A DNA stretch of 64,000 bases from Gemmatimonadales bacterium (GCA_038321865.1 JBBQFH010000010.1:1-64000), one strand, 5' to 3'. Counted from the stretch's first letter, positions 50,631-60,440 are shown. Notes: generated from the sequence alone by a model not told the origin. A program made the numbers and translations.

Positions 50631-52541
50631 ATGAGCACTGACGACCGGCTGGACCGGCTCGAGCAGCGAGTGGCGACGCTGGAGACGCTCGTTCGCCAAT
50701 TGGCCGCAGTGCCGAGGCCGGTCTCCCGCGTCCTGGTGCCACGGGTGGAGCGCCTCTCCGGACCCGAACCGGTGACGCCGGGAGCGGCGATCGGTGCGCC
50801 GCCGCCCGGCGCCGCGCGCACCGCAGCGCCCCCCCGGCGGAAGCTGCTCGATTCCGAGGAATGGGTCGGCGAGCGCGGCCTGCTCGCGCTCGGTGTGCTG
50901 GCGCTGATTCTTGCCGCCGGATACCTGCTGAAGCTGTCGTTCGATCGCGGCTGGGTCTCGCCGCTGGCCCGATGCATCGGCGGCGCGGTTGCCGGAGCCG
51001 CCGTCGGCGCGGTCGGCTGGCGCCTCGAAACACGCTACCGGACCTACGGAGCGGCGCTGATCGGATGCGGAGCCGCCATCATCTACCTGGCGGTCTGGGC
51101 CGCGGTGCGGCAATACCAGTTCCTCCCACCCACCTCCGGCATCGTGGCGCTGGCACTGGTATCGCTTGCCCTGGCGGCGATCGCCTACTCCCTCGACGTC
51201 GAAGCGCTCGGGGCCACCGCGGCCGCCGGTGCCTTCTTCGCGCCCATCTTTCTGAGCCCGGCGCACGGAAGCGCCGACGCGCTGCTCGTGTATCTCGCCG
51301 CGATGGCCGCGGCGCTCGGTGCCGTTGCAGCTCAGCGGCGCTGGCGGCTGGCGGCGCTGATCGTCGCGGCCAGCTACTTCGGCATCGGGTGGACCGTGGG
51401 GGCGAGCAGCTCGGGTCTCGCCGCGCCGATGCTGCTGCTCTGGTACGGCGTCGCCGGCGGCACCGCCGGACTCTTCCTCGGCCTGCGGGAACGGTGGTGG
51501 GAGATTCGCTCCGTCTCGTTCTGGGGCGGGTGGGCGCTGATCGCGTCGGCCGCGGGCGAGCGGGCCGGCCCCTCGCTGCTGGTCGCCGCCGCCATCATGG
51601 CGGCTCCGCTGTGGTGGCATGGGTTCAGGTCGCCGCGGATCTGGCCGGAGCGGACCACGCCGCGCTACCGCGGCGCGGAGTGGTCGCTGGGTGAGGCACT
51701 CTACTTCTTCGTCACGCCCCTGTTCCTCGCCTGGGCAGTCCGGCTGCAGAATCCGGAATGGTTCGGGGCGCATCCTGGCCTGGCTGCAGCGCTGGTGGGC
51801 GTGCCGTATGTACTGGCAGGTTATGCCCGCCCGCGGCCGGCGTTCGCCCTGGTCGGCGCGGCCGCGCTGGGCACTGCCGCCTGGTTGCACTGGCCCGGGG
51901 TCGGCGCCGCGTGGTCGCTGCTCGGTCTTGCCGCGCTGTGGGCCGCGCTCGATCACGCCGTCAACCGGACCGATGGCCGCTGGTATGCCGCGGGCACGCT
52001 GCTCGGCGCGCTGACGCACCTGCTCACCCACGACCTTCCGGTGCGGGCGGCATCCGATCCCGCGTTCAGCGGCGCCTGGGCATCCGCCCTATGGGCCGCG
52101 ACGCTGGTGACCGCCGCGCTGGCCGCGGGCCTCTGGCGATCAGTGGGGCCGCCGGAGGACGTGCGCGCGGTGCGCACCGCCTTGTGGGTCGGGGCGGGGG
52201 GCATGACCCTGTTCGGGATCACCGCGGAGATCCGCCGGTATTTCGCGCTCCATGCCGCGGGCCGGGCGGCGGCGGATCTGGCAGGCGGCCTCGCAGTAAG
52301 CGCCTGGTGGCTGGTATTCGCGACCGGCCTCGTGCTGCTGGGCTTCCGCCGGGGTGTCCGCCCTGTCCGCCAGTTCGGCCTGGCGGTCGCGGCACTGGCG
52401 GGCGCGAAGGTTCTGTTCCGCGACCTGAGCTCGCTCGATGCGCTGTATCGGGTGGGCTCGGTCTTCATCCTCGGCCTCGCGTCCCTTGTGGTCGCGTATC
52501 TCTATCATCGGCACGCCCGCGTGGATTCGCCCGGGGCATGA
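50631..52541 (+). CDS. DUF2339 family multi-pass membrane protein
   Basis: N-terminal coiled RLDRLEQRVATLE, EEWVGERGLLALG..YLLKLSFDRGW, C-terminal AKVLFRDLSSLDALYRVGSVFILG. Confidence 0.8.
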   Translation: MSTDDRLDRLEQRVATLETLVRQLAAVPRPVSRVLVPRVERLSGPEPVTPGAAIGAPPPGAARTAAPPRRKLLDSEEWVGERGLLALGVLALILAAGYLLKLSFDRGWVSPLARCIGGAVAGAAVGAVGWRLETRYRTYGAALIGCGAAIIYLAVWAAVRQYQFLPPTSGIVALALVSLALAAIAYSLDVEALGATAAAGAFFAPIFLSPAHGSADALLVYLAAMAAALGAVAAQRRWRLAALIVAASYFGIGWTVGASSSGLAAPMLLLWYGVAGGTAGLFLGLRERWWEIRSVSFWGGWALIASAAGERAGPSLLVAAAIMAAPLWWHGFRSPRIWPERTTPRYRGAEWSLGEALYFFVTPLFLAWAVRLQNPEWFGAHPGLAAALVGVPYVLAGYARPRPAFALVGAAALGTAAWLHWPGVGAAWSLLGLAALWAALDHAVNRTDGRWYAAGTLLGALTHLLTHDLPVRAASDPAFSGAWASALWAATLVTAALAAGLWRSVGPPEDVRAVRTALWVGAGGMTLFGITAEIRRYFALHAAGRAAADLAGGLAVSAWWLVFATGLVLLGFRRGVRPVRQFGLAVAALAGAKVLFRDLSSLDALYRVGSVFILGLASLVVAYLYHRHARVDSPGA

Positions 52542-52608
52542 AGCGAACGGCGTAGGGGAACCGCATGCGCTCGGCTATCATTTCGCGAGTGCCCCACAAG
52601 GAGCTCGA

Positions 52609-54321
52609 ATGGTGCTGGACCTCCCTGATTCTCCAGGCGCGTTCGCGGACGCGTCGTGGACCGACATCGCGCCCTACTATGACGCGCTGGCCGCGGCGCC
52701 GCTGACCGACGCCGGTCTCGATGCCTGGCTCGCCGACTGGTCCACCCTCGAGGAACTGGTGTCCGAGGCTGCTTCGCTGGCGATGATCGCGTACACGGTG
52801 GACACCGCCGACGCCGCCAAGGAGGCCGCGCACCTTCGTTTTTCGACTCAGGTGCTCCCTCAGCTGGACGAACACAGTGTGCAGCTGGCGCGGCGGCTCG
52901 TTGACTCCGGGCTGTCCCGGCCGGCGCTGGCGACGACCCTTGCGCGCTTCCGCACCCAGATCGGCCTCTTTCGTGAATCGAACATTCCCCTGTTTTCCGA
53001 GCTGGAAGAGTTGGGTAGTCGTTACCAGCGCATCACCGGCGGGATGACCGTACTGTGGGACGGCGAGGAGCGGCCGCTGCCCCAGCTGCAACCGTTCCTC
53101 AAGAGCGCCGATCGGGCGACCCGTGAGCGCGCCTTTCGGGCGAGCACCGCTCCCTACCAGGCGCACCGTCACGAGATGAGCGCCCTCTTCGACCGGATGT
53201 ACGAGCTGCGGCAGCAGCTGGCCCAGAACGCCGGATTTGCCAACTTTCGCGACTATGTGTTTCCGGCCAAGTTCCGCTTCGACTACACGCCCGAGGACTG
53301 TGAGGCGTTTCATCGCGCGGTCGAGCGCGTCGTGGCGCCCGCCGCTGAACGGGTGCTCGAGCATCGCCGGGCGCGGCTCGGGCTTGCTACGCTGCGCCCC
53401 TGGGATCTGCAGGTCGATCCCTACCGGACCGGCATCCTCCGGCCGTTCGACACGGTCGCAGAATTCACCGACCGGGCGGCGCGCGTATTCGACCGGCTGG
53501 ACCCGGCGCTCGGCGGTGAGTTTCGCACCATGCTGGATGAACGACTGCTTGATCTCGACAGCCGCAAGGGCAAGGCGCCCGGCGGATACTGCGACACGCT
53601 GCACCATCGCGGCCGCCCTTTCATCTTCATGAATGCGGTCGGCGTCGTGGACGACGTCATGACGCTGCTGCACGAGGCCGGTCACGCGTTCCATGCCTTC
53701 GCGTCGGATGTGCAGCCCCTGATCTGGCAGCGCCACCCCGGCTCGGAGGCCGCGGAGCTGGCGTCGATGTCGATGGAGCTCCTGGCGGGGGCGCACCTGT
53801 CGGATGAGGGCGGCTATTTCACCCCGGATGAATCACGCAGCGCCTGGCTCGAGCATCTCGAGGACATCCTGCTGAGCCTGTCCCACATCGCCTCGGTGGA
53901 CGCCTTTCAGAGCTGGATCTACACCAGCGGCCGGGGTGGTGACGCGGCGGCGCGTGACGCCGAATGGCTGCGGATCCGCCAGCGGTTCGAGCGCGGCGTG
54001 GACTGGAGCGGGCTCGAGGGCGAGCGCGTGGCGCGGTGGTATCGGCAGCTGCACATCTTCCTGTATCCCTTCTACTACATCGAATACGGTATCGCCCAGA
54101 TCGGCGCGCTCCAGGTCTGGCGCAATAGCCTCAGCGATCCGGCGGATGCGATCGCGCGCTATCGCGCGGCGCTCGCCCTGGGCGCGACCCGGCCGCTTCC
54201 GGAACTGTACCGGGCGGCCGGGGCGCGGCTCACGTTCGACGTGGACGAGATCGCCGCGCTGGTCGCGCTGGTGGAGGAGCGGATCGCCGGGCTCAGAAGC
54301 GAGTTGCACCAGGCGGCGTAG
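52609..54321 (+). CDS. M3 family oligoendopeptidase (PepF-like)
   Basis: [26 protein letters not shown] (HEXXH), [21 protein letters not shown]. Confidence 0.93.
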   Translation: MVLDLPDSPGAFADASWTDIAPYYDALAAAPLTDAGLDAWLADWSTLEELVSEAASLAMIAYTVDTADAAKEAAHLRFSTQVLPQLDEHSVQLARRLVDSGLSRPALATTLARFRTQIGLFRESNIPLFSELEELGSRYQRITGGMTVLWDGEERPLPQLQPFLKSADRATRERAFRASTAPYQAHRHEMSALFDRMYELRQQLAQNAGFANFRDYVFPAKFRFDYTPEDCEAFHRAVERVVAPAAERVLEHRRARLGLATLRPWDLQVDPYRTGILRPFDTVAEFTDRAARVFDRLDPALGGEFRTMLDERLLDLDSRKGKAPGGYCDTLHHRGRPFIFMNAVGVVDDVMTLLHEAGHAFHAFASDVQPLIWQRHPGSEAAELASMSMELLAGAHLSDEGGYFTPDESRSAWLEHLEDILLSLSHIASVDAFQSWIYTSGRGGDAAARDAEWLRIRQRFERGVDWSGLEGERVARWYRQLHIFLYPFYYIEYGIAQIGALQVWRNSLSDPADAIARYRAALALGATRPLPELYRAAGARLTFDVDEIAALVALVEERIAGLRSELHQAA

Positions 54322-54436
54322 CGTCACGCTGGTTGCCTTCCGCCGGTCGCGGGGCAACATTCCACGCTGCCTGGACCACCCGGCGCGGCCATCTGGCCGC
54401 AGCCGGCCCGTTCCGGACCCCGAGGGAGCATACTGG

Positions 54437-54655
54437 ATGGCGAAAGAAGAAGGCATCGAGATGGAGGGCGTGGTGACCGAGGTGCTGCCCGATCGCAATT
54501 ATCGCGTCGAGCTCGACAACGGACACACCATCCTCGCGTACGCGGCAGGCAAGATGAGCAAGTTCAAGATCCGGGTGCTCGAGGGCGACCGGGTCAGCGT
54601 CATCCTCTCGCCGTACGACCTCACTCGCGGCCGGGTGATCTACCGCCACAAGTAG
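54437..54655 (+). CDS. infA: Translation initiation factor IF-1
   Basis: [46 protein letters not shown]. Confidence 0.97.
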   Translation: MAKEEGIEMEGVVTEVLPDRNYRVELDNGHTILAYAAGKMSKFKIRVLEGDRVSVILSPYDLTRGRVIYRHK

Positions 54656-54678
54656 GCGCGGTGCTCCGGTAGGGAAAC

Positions 54679-54711
54679 GACAGCGGGCCACTCATCGAGT
54701 GGCCCGCTGTC
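54679..54711. terminator. Hairpin between convergent infA and csp (probable bidirectional terminator)
   Basis: GACAGCGGGCCACTC-ATC-GAGTGGCCCGCTGTC, a perfect 15-bp stem. Confidence 0.8.
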
Positions 54712-54729
54712 TTGCGATCGGCCGATGCG

Positions 54730-54942
54730 CTACTTGAGCTTGGTCACGTTCTCGGCTGCGGGGCCCTTGGCACCCTGCACGATGTCGAACTCCACCCGCT
54801 CGCCCTCGGCGAGACTGCGGAACCCGTCCGACTTGATGGCGGTGTGGTGGACGAAGCAATCCTTCTCGCCATTCTCCGGAGTGATGAATCCAAACCCCTT
54901 CGCATCATTGAACCACTTCACCGTGCCGATGGTCCGAGCCAT
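54730..54942 (-). CDS. Cold-shock protein (CspA family)
   Basis: [15 protein letters not shown] (RNP1), DCFVHHTAI (RNP2), [10 protein letters not shown]. Confidence 0.97.
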   Translation of the reverse strand: MARTIGTVKWFNDAKGFGFITPENGEKDCFVHHTAIKSDGFRSLAEGERVEFDIVQGAKGPAAENVTKLK

Positions 54943-55070
54943 GCTGACTACTCCGCGTTGATTGCCTGCGCCGGCAGCGCCGGACGGCACCTACCGAGTT
55001 GTTGTGAGCGCAGGCCAGTTTCCCACCCTTCGCCGGTCACGGCCTGCCGCGCAGGCCGAATCGCGGGGTG

Positions 55071-55098
55071 AATATGCAACCGGCACTGGACTAGTCAA
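55071..55098 (-). promoter_or_regulatory. sigma-70-like promoter of the csp gene
   Basis: Minus strand TTGACT-N16-CATATT, overlapping the kinase stop; implies a 5' UTR of about 120 nt. Confidence 0.5.
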
Positions 55099-56848
55099 GG
55101 GGAGGGGGGAGCTTGAGCCAGCGCGCCGCCGCCCGCGCCCAGTCACCACCGCGAGGGCGCAGTGCCGCGCCGGTTGCGCGGTTGAGCGCCTGGAGGAATT
55201 CTGCGGCGGAGGGGTACCGCTGGTCCATTTCGCTGTTGAGCGCGCGGGCCAGCACTTCCTCGAGCTCGCCCGTTACGTCCTCCCGCAGCTCGCGGGGAGA
55301 GGGAAGCTGGTTGGTCGTCTGTTTCGCCAGCACCTGTTCCGGGGTCGCGCCCTGAAAGGGCGGGTGGCCCAGCAGCGCGAAGTAGGCGACGGCGGCGAGG
55401 CTGTACAGATCGGAGCGCTGGTCCACCCGCTCGCCCAGCAGCTGTTCCGGGCTCGCGAACTGCGGCGTGCCACTCTGGCTCGTGGCGCCCCCGAACTTCC
55501 CGAAGCGCAGCGCGAGCGCGAGGCCGAAATCGGTGATCCGCAGGCGGCCGTCGCCTTCGAGCAGCATGTTCTCCGGCTTGATGTCGCGGTGCACCAGGCC
55601 GGAAGCGTGCGCGTTAGCCAGGGCGGACAGCGCCTCGCGGAGCAGCCGGAGCACGCGGTCGAGCGGCAGCGGGCCGTCGCGGTCGACGAGCTGGGCCAGG
55701 CTGGGGCCATTGACCAGCTCCATGGTGTACCAGATCAGCCCGGACCGGCCGCCGATGTCGTAGATGCTGACGATGTTGACGTGATTGAGCCGGGCGGCCA
55801 GCTGGGCCTCCCGGCGGAAGCGCTCGACCACCGCCGGATCCTGCGTCAGCTCCGGGTGCAGCACCTTGAGCGCGACTTCGCGCTCGAGGTGAAGGTCGCG
55901 CACACGGTAGACCCGCCCGAAGCCGCCGCTGCCCAGCAGGTCGAGCAGCTCGTAGTCGTCGCCCAGCGCCCGACGCAGGCGCTTTTCCCACCGCGCCCGG
56001 TCTTCGGTGTCGGTATGGCGCGCGGCGGTGCCGATGATGGCCGGCGTCTCGAAGGTCCCGGCGTCGGAGGCGAAGTCCTCGAGCATCTCCACCGCAGTGA
56101 AGTAGCGGTCGGCCGGGTGCGGGCGGAGCGCCCGGAGCAGGATGCGCTCGATCGTGCGGGGGCAGGTCGGGCGGAGCTCGGACGGCTTGCGGACCTCTCG
56201 CGGATCGAGCGGCGGCTCCTGTCCGGTGACGGCGAGGTAGAGGATCGTGCCGGCGGTGTAGACATCGCTTGCGGGGTCACCGGTGGCGCCGTCGCGCACC
56301 TCGGGCGCCATGAAGCACTGGCCGCTGGGAACCGTACCGGCCGGGATCGCCGGCAACGTCCAGCTGGAAAATCGGAGATCGGTGACGGTGCCACGCCCCG
56401 AGGTGCTCAGCAGCAGCGACGCCGGCGCGATCCGCCGGACAATGATGCCGTTGGTATGCGCGTGCTCCAGGGCGCCGAGGAGGTCGCGCGCGAGGGTATG
56501 TACGGTGGGGATCAGCCGCGGGCCGCGCTGAATCGCCTCATGGAGGCCTTCGCCGTCGATCCAGTTGCCGACACGGTAGGCCAGGTCGCCAATGATCCCG
56601 GCGTCGTAGACGTGCCGGATGGCGGGATGATCGAGGCGGCCGAGCGCTTCCGCTTCGCGGAGAAACCAGCCGCGCAGCGTGTCATCGGGATAGAAGTGGA
56701 TGCGGAGCGCGACCCGGCGCCTGAGCGTCTGATCGTAGGCGAGGAACAGCACGCGCTCGCGCGACGCGGCCACCATGCTCTCCAGCCGATACCGCTGGCC
56801 GAGCGCGGCATCGGCCCGAGCGAAGAACTGGGCGCCGTCCACCGTCAT
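55091..56848 (-). CDS. Cytoplasmic tandem pseudokinase-Ser/Thr kinase (Hanks-type)
   Basis: C-terminal domain intact (GSGGFG, VALK, HRDIKPEN, DFG, GTPQFASPE). N-terminal domain degenerate (VALR, VRRIAPAS, TDLR) but keeps LREA, MAPE and SDVY. No TM. Confidence 0.88.
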   Translation of the reverse strand: MTVDGAQFFARADAALGQRYRLESMVAASRERVLFLAYDQTLRRRVALRIHFYPDDTLRGWFLREAEALGRLDHPAIRHVYDAGIIGDLAYRVGNWIDGEGLHEAIQRGPRLIPTVHTLARDLLGALEHAHTNGIIVRRIAPASLLLSTSGRGTVTDLRFSSWTLPAIPAGTVPSGQCFMAPEVRDGATGDPASDVYTAGTILYLAVTGQEPPLDPREVRKPSELRPTCPRTIERILLRALRPHPADRYFTAVEMLEDFASDAGTFETPAIIGTAARHTDTEDRARWEKRLRRALGDDYELLDLLGSGGFGRVYRVRDLHLEREVALKVLHPELTQDPAVVERFRREAQLAARLNHVNIVSIYDIGGRSGLIWYTMELVNGPSLAQLVDRDGPLPLDRVLRLLREALSALANAHASGLVHRDIKPENMLLEGDGRLRITDFGLALALRFGKFGGATSQSGTPQFASPEQLLGERVDQRSDLYSLAAVAYFALLGHPPFQGATPEQVLAKQTTNQLPSPRELREDVTGELEEVLARALNSEMDQRYPSAAEFLQALNRATGAALRPRGGDWARAAARWLKLPPPLD

Positions 56849-57390
56849 CGGAGGAGTCCCCGCCGGCGCTCGGTCCACCCGTCGCGTCCGCAGGTTTCGC
56901 TGTTGCACCAGCGCCGCCCCTGATTGACGGAATCGTCTCCAAGGAAGTGGGAGCACGCGGCGGCCGCGCACTGGCGAACGAACACCAGCGGCTCCGCCAG
57001 CGTCGCCGCTGCCGAGCGGGCCACGGCGGCGAGAGCGGCCGGCGGCTCGGCCGCCGCGAAATCGATCCGCCACTCCCCGCCGATCCGCAACAGCTGCTGC
57101 GACCCCGACTCGGCGCGAAGCTCCTGGTTGATGAGCGACACGGCGGGGGCGGGAGGCCGCTGTCCCGCGTCGAGCGACTCGGCGAGGGCGGTCAGTGCGT
57201 CGCGCAGGCGGCGGACCTCCTCGAAGGGGCGTGTGTCGGCGTCGGAACGCAGCTTGAGGGCCTTGGTCCAGCGGTGGTAGGCGGCGGCGTCAGGCAGACG
57301 ATCGGTTGCGGGGGCGGTGCTCCCGCGCGCGGTGTTGATGAAATCGAGCCAGATGGCGTCGCCCAGGAGGGTGAATTCGGGGTCGGACAT
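56845..57390 (-). CDS. ABATE domain / CGNR zinc-finger protein
   Basis: WLDFINT at the N-terminus; C-terminal VRQCAAAACSHFLGDDS..RRWCNSETCG. Confidence 0.85.
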   Translation of the reverse strand: MSDPEFTLLGDAIWLDFINTARGSTAPATDRLPDAAAYHRWTKALKLRSDADTRPFEEVRRLRDALTALAESLDAGQRPPAPAVSLINQELRAESGSQQLLRIGGEWRIDFAAAEPPAALAAVARSAAATLAEPLVFVRQCAAAACSHFLGDDSVNQGRRWCNSETCGRDGWTERRRGLLR

Positions 57391-57395
57391 GCGGC

Positions 57396-58733
57396 TCAGC
57401 CGTCCGAGACCTCGACCGCGTTGCGCCCCCCGCGCTTCGCCTTGTACAGGGCGGCGTCCGCCGCGGCGAGCAGGCTGCTCACGGTGGTGCCGTGCCGCGG
57501 CGACTCGGCGATCCCCATGCTGATCGTACAGTGGCCGAATTCGGGGTGGGCCTGCTCCAGCTCGCGCAGGCCCTCGAGTACGCGGCTCACGTAGACCCGC
57601 GACTCTTCGGGCCGGGTCATGGGGAGAATGACGAGGAACTCGTCGCCGCCGAGCCGGCCGACCACGTCGAGCGCCCGGCACTGCTGCATCAGGATGCCGC
57701 CGATCTGGACCAGCAGGCGGTCGCCCGCGGCGTGGCCCATGGTGTCGTTGACGATCTTGAACCGGTCCAGGTCGATCAGGAGCACGCTGGTGTGGAGCTG
57801 GTGACGGAGACTGCGCGAGATCTCGGCGCCGAGGCGATCCTCGAGCGCGCGGCGGTTGTAGAGCCCCGTGAGCTCATCGGTGGTGGCCGCGCTGTGCAGC
57901 TGCTCCACCAGTTCCGCGTTCTTGAGCGCGATGGCGGCGGCGAACGAAAGCGTACCGGCGAGCTCCTGCTCGGCCCGCCCGTACGGCTTGTCGCTGATGC
58001 GCGGCCCGAGGACCAGCAGGGCCATCCGCTCCGCGCCGGCGTCGAGCGGTATGATGAGCTGCGCTTCGCGTCCGACCAGCGCCGCGACGGCGATGTCGTC
58101 CGACCCGGTGGAAGCGCTGCCGGTCGGGAGCGCTTCGTCCAGCGCGGCGCGGTTGATGGACTGGCGCGGCGGCTCATCCTTCATCGAGCGGTAGATCTTC
58201 GGCGTGTAGGCGTCGCCATCCGGACGGAAGATGCAGGCCCACCACGCGAAAAACACCTCGGCCATGAAGTCGAGGATGAGTTGTTCGGTCTCTTCGGTCG
58301 AGTGCACCGATGACAGCAGCCGGGCGACCTGCCGGAGCGCCCGCAGCTGGAAGACGGCGTCGTCCAGCGCCGCCTGGCGCTCCAGCAGAATGCTGCGCAG
58401 CTCGAGCACGACCGTGAGGCCGAGGGCCAGCGGCATCGCCACGCTGCGCATCTCGCCGGCAACGGCGGGCTCGGCATGAATCACGATTTCGGTCTGGCCG
58501 CTCGACAGCCGCGCCACTTCCACCGCCGTATCGAACCCCTCAGGTGGCCCCACGCGCGGTGTGGGTTCATCCGACGTTGATATGACGGAAAACCAGATCT
58601 GTTCGCTCCGGAACCGGCGCACCAAGGCCGCCCGGCACCGCTCAAACAGCTCGCCGTCGGTCCGGGAGAGCCGGCAGGCGGCGGCGAAGGCGCTGGGAAG
58701 ACTGGCTAATGCGGCTGACGGGGACAGACCCAT
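57396..58733 (-). CDS. GAF-like sensor + GGDEF diguanylate cyclase
   Basis: TDELTGLYNRR, LIDLDRFKIVNDTMGHAAGD, RALD I-site with RLGGDEF, ADAALYKAKRGGRN; GAF-like central region. Confidence 0.92.
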   Translation of the reverse strand: MGLSPSAALASLPSAFAAACRLSRTDGELFERCRAALVRRFRSEQIWFSVISTSDEPTPRVGPPEGFDTAVEVARLSSGQTEIVIHAEPAVAGEMRSVAMPLALGLTVVLELRSILLERQAALDDAVFQLRALRQVARLLSSVHSTEETEQLILDFMAEVFFAWWACIFRPDGDAYTPKIYRSMKDEPPRQSINRAALDEALPTGSASTGSDDIAVAALVGREAQLIIPLDAGAERMALLVLGPRISDKPYGRAEQELAGTLSFAAAIALKNAELVEQLHSAATTDELTGLYNRRALEDRLGAEISRSLRHQLHTSVLLIDLDRFKIVNDTMGHAAGDRLLVQIGGILMQQCRALDVVGRLGGDEFLVILPMTRPEESRVYVSRVLEGLRELEQAHPEFGHCTISMGIAESPRHGTTVSSLLAAADAALYKAKRGGRNAVEVSDG

Positions 58734-58781
58734 GTCGAATTATAGCCCTGCCGCCCGCGAGGAGCGAGCACGTTGGGGGAC

Positions 58782-58810
58782 TTGCGCCAGATACGGGGGT
58801 GGGCTATTAT
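58782..58810 (+). promoter_or_regulatory. sigma-70 promoter driving the intergenic sRNA
   Basis: TTGCGC (58782-87), 17 nt, TATTAT (58805-10). It faces + although both flanking genes are on -. Confidence 0.7.
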
Positions 58811-58816
58811 TCCCGC

Positions 58817-58928
58817 TGATCGAGACATAGCCCTTCGGGGCCCCAGGGATTTCGGCTTTGCGGCCTGGGTGATGAAAACTGCTAAGGCTGCCTGGTCCCG
58901 GCTGAGTTCTTCTCTGCCGGGATTTGTG
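58817..58928 (+). ncRNA. Structured small RNA (possibly Acido-Lenti-1-like)
   Basis: Begins TGATCGAGACAT. Hairpin GCCC-TTCG-GGGC, hairpin CCCAGG..CCTGGG, A-rich linker with TAAGGC, terminator TCCCGGC..GCCGGGA-TTTGTGTATT. No ORF. Confidence 0.65.
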
Positions 58929-58931
58929 TAT

Positions 58932-60440
58932 TCAGGGCCTGGCCCTGACCGTGATTCGGCCCGGCGCGGGTGCGATCAGCTTCCCGCCAAGGGAATCGGC
59001 GACATGGCGGATCAGCAGGTCGGCCGCCCGCGGTGCCTGCTCCCAGCTGGCGCATGCGGCACGCGCCTCCGGCACCACGTACCCGTCACCGCCCTCACAC
59101 GCCGGATATACGTCGAAGGCCACTCTGAGGGTTTCCGTCGCACCGACGATGCGGCCTCCGGTGCGCCGGATATCGCCGACGAGCCGGCTGCCTCCCGGCC
59201 TGGTCGAATCGAACGCGAACGAGATCCCCGAGACCTGCAGGAACGGACCGGCCCCGAGGCTGCCAGGAGCGACTCCATGCTCGAGCAGCTGGCGGAGCCG
59301 CGCACCGGTGAGGGAGAACGTCACGACGCGGGAGTCGTCGGCGAACAGGAAGATCGATTCCAGCAGGTAGTTGCTCACCGGCCCTGGCTTGATGACGTCG
59401 TCGAGCCGAAGGGTGCCGGCGTTGAGCAGGGCGACATCGGAGCCGGTGCCGGTCCGCATCGCGTCGGTGATCAGGCTGCCAAGGGGAGACTCGCCGTGGC
59501 GGAGCGGGGTGTCGCGGGCGTCGATGGGCGCCGGGGCCGTCGCGACGATGCGTTCAGGCCCCAGCCGGCGCCGCAGGCTGTCCTGCCACGCGGCGACGAT
59601 GCGCGCCGTGGTCGTGTCCAGGGGGAATTCGTCGGTGATCCGGATGAGCGTCGGCGCGACACGCCAGTTGCCCTTGGCCCCCCACACCGTGGTGAACTGC
59701 ACCGATCGCGAGTTCGCGTCAGCCTTCAGCACGTGCCGCCCGTTGACCAGCTCGTCGTGCGCCTCGTGCTCATGCCCGCCCAGGATGAGATCGATCGAGG
59801 GCTCGCGGCCCAGCAGCGCCTGATCTGCGGCGAGTGTCTGGTGCGTGAGACCGACGATGAGCTGCGCGCCGAGCTTGCCCAGGGTATCGACGGCGAGATG
59901 CGCGGCACTGTCCGGATCGGTGCAGCGCACGTATTTGCGATAGTCGCCGCGGAGCGTGAGCGCGAACAGGCCGAGTTTCCGGCCCTGAATCGTCAGCGTA
60001 TCCCACGCCCGCACACCCGGGAATGCTGCCCCGCTCGCCTCGGTGCAATTGCTCGAAATCCACTTGAATTTGGACGCGGCAATCCGGGCGACGAGCGTGT
60101 CCCGCGGGATCTCGAATTCATGATTGCCGAAGGTCGCGTAATCGAGTCCGGCGGCGTTGAACTCCTCCACCATCTGCCGGCCGCCGTAGTACTTGCTGAG
60201 GAGGCTCGGGGAGAGCTCGTCACCGGCGAGCACGAGGAGGGTCGGGCCGACCGTGGCCAGTCGACGGCGGAGCGTGGCGACGCGCGCCAGCCCGCCGCTA
60301 CCGTCAGCGAGCGTATCGGCGACGTAGACGTCGTTGATGGACAGGAAGCGGATCGGGTTGGTCGGCGGCGGCGCCGGCGGAATTCCCAGGCACCCCGACA
60401 GCGACACCAGCCCCAACGTCCAGATCAGCCTCCGCTTCAT
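58932..60440 (-). CDS. Bifunctional metallophosphatase / 5'-nucleotidase lipoprotein
   Basis: Lipobox LSGC; INDVY, AGDELSPS, FGNHEFE, LTHQ, LGGHEH; C-terminal ESPLGSLITDAMR..LLNAGTLR..FLQVSGI. Confidence 0.92.
   Translation of the reverse strand: MKRRLIWTLGLVSLSGCLGIPPAPPPTNPIRFLSINDVYVADTLADGSGGLARVATLRRRLATVGPTLLVLAGDELSPSLLSKYYGGRQMVEEFNAAGLDYATFGNHEFEIPRDTLVARIAASKFKWISSNCTEASGAAFPGVRAWDTLTIQGRKLGLFALTLRGDYRKYVRCTDPDSAAHLAVDTLGKLGAQLIVGLTHQTLAADQALLGREPSIDLILGGHEHEAHDELVNGRHVLKADANSRSVQFTTVWGAKGNWRVAPTLIRITDEFPLDTTTARIVAAWQDSLRRRLGPERIVATAPAPIDARDTPLRHGESPLGSLITDAMRTGTGSDVALLNAGTLRLDDVIKPGPVSNYLLESIFLFADDSRVVTFSLTGARLRQLLEHGVAPGSLGAGPFLQVSGISFAFDSTRPGGSRLVGDIRRTGGRIVGATETLRVAFDVYPACEGGDGYVVPEARAACASWEQAPRAADLLIRHVADSLGGKLIAPAPGRITVRARP

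Noticed and set aside
58860..58895. Hammerhead ribozyme or fluoride riboswitch in the sRNA (TGATGA..AAAC)
   Set aside because: There is no CUGAUGA core with a stem II before GAAA, and the crcB GGCGAUGG motif is absent. The element is also not 5' of a same-strand gene.
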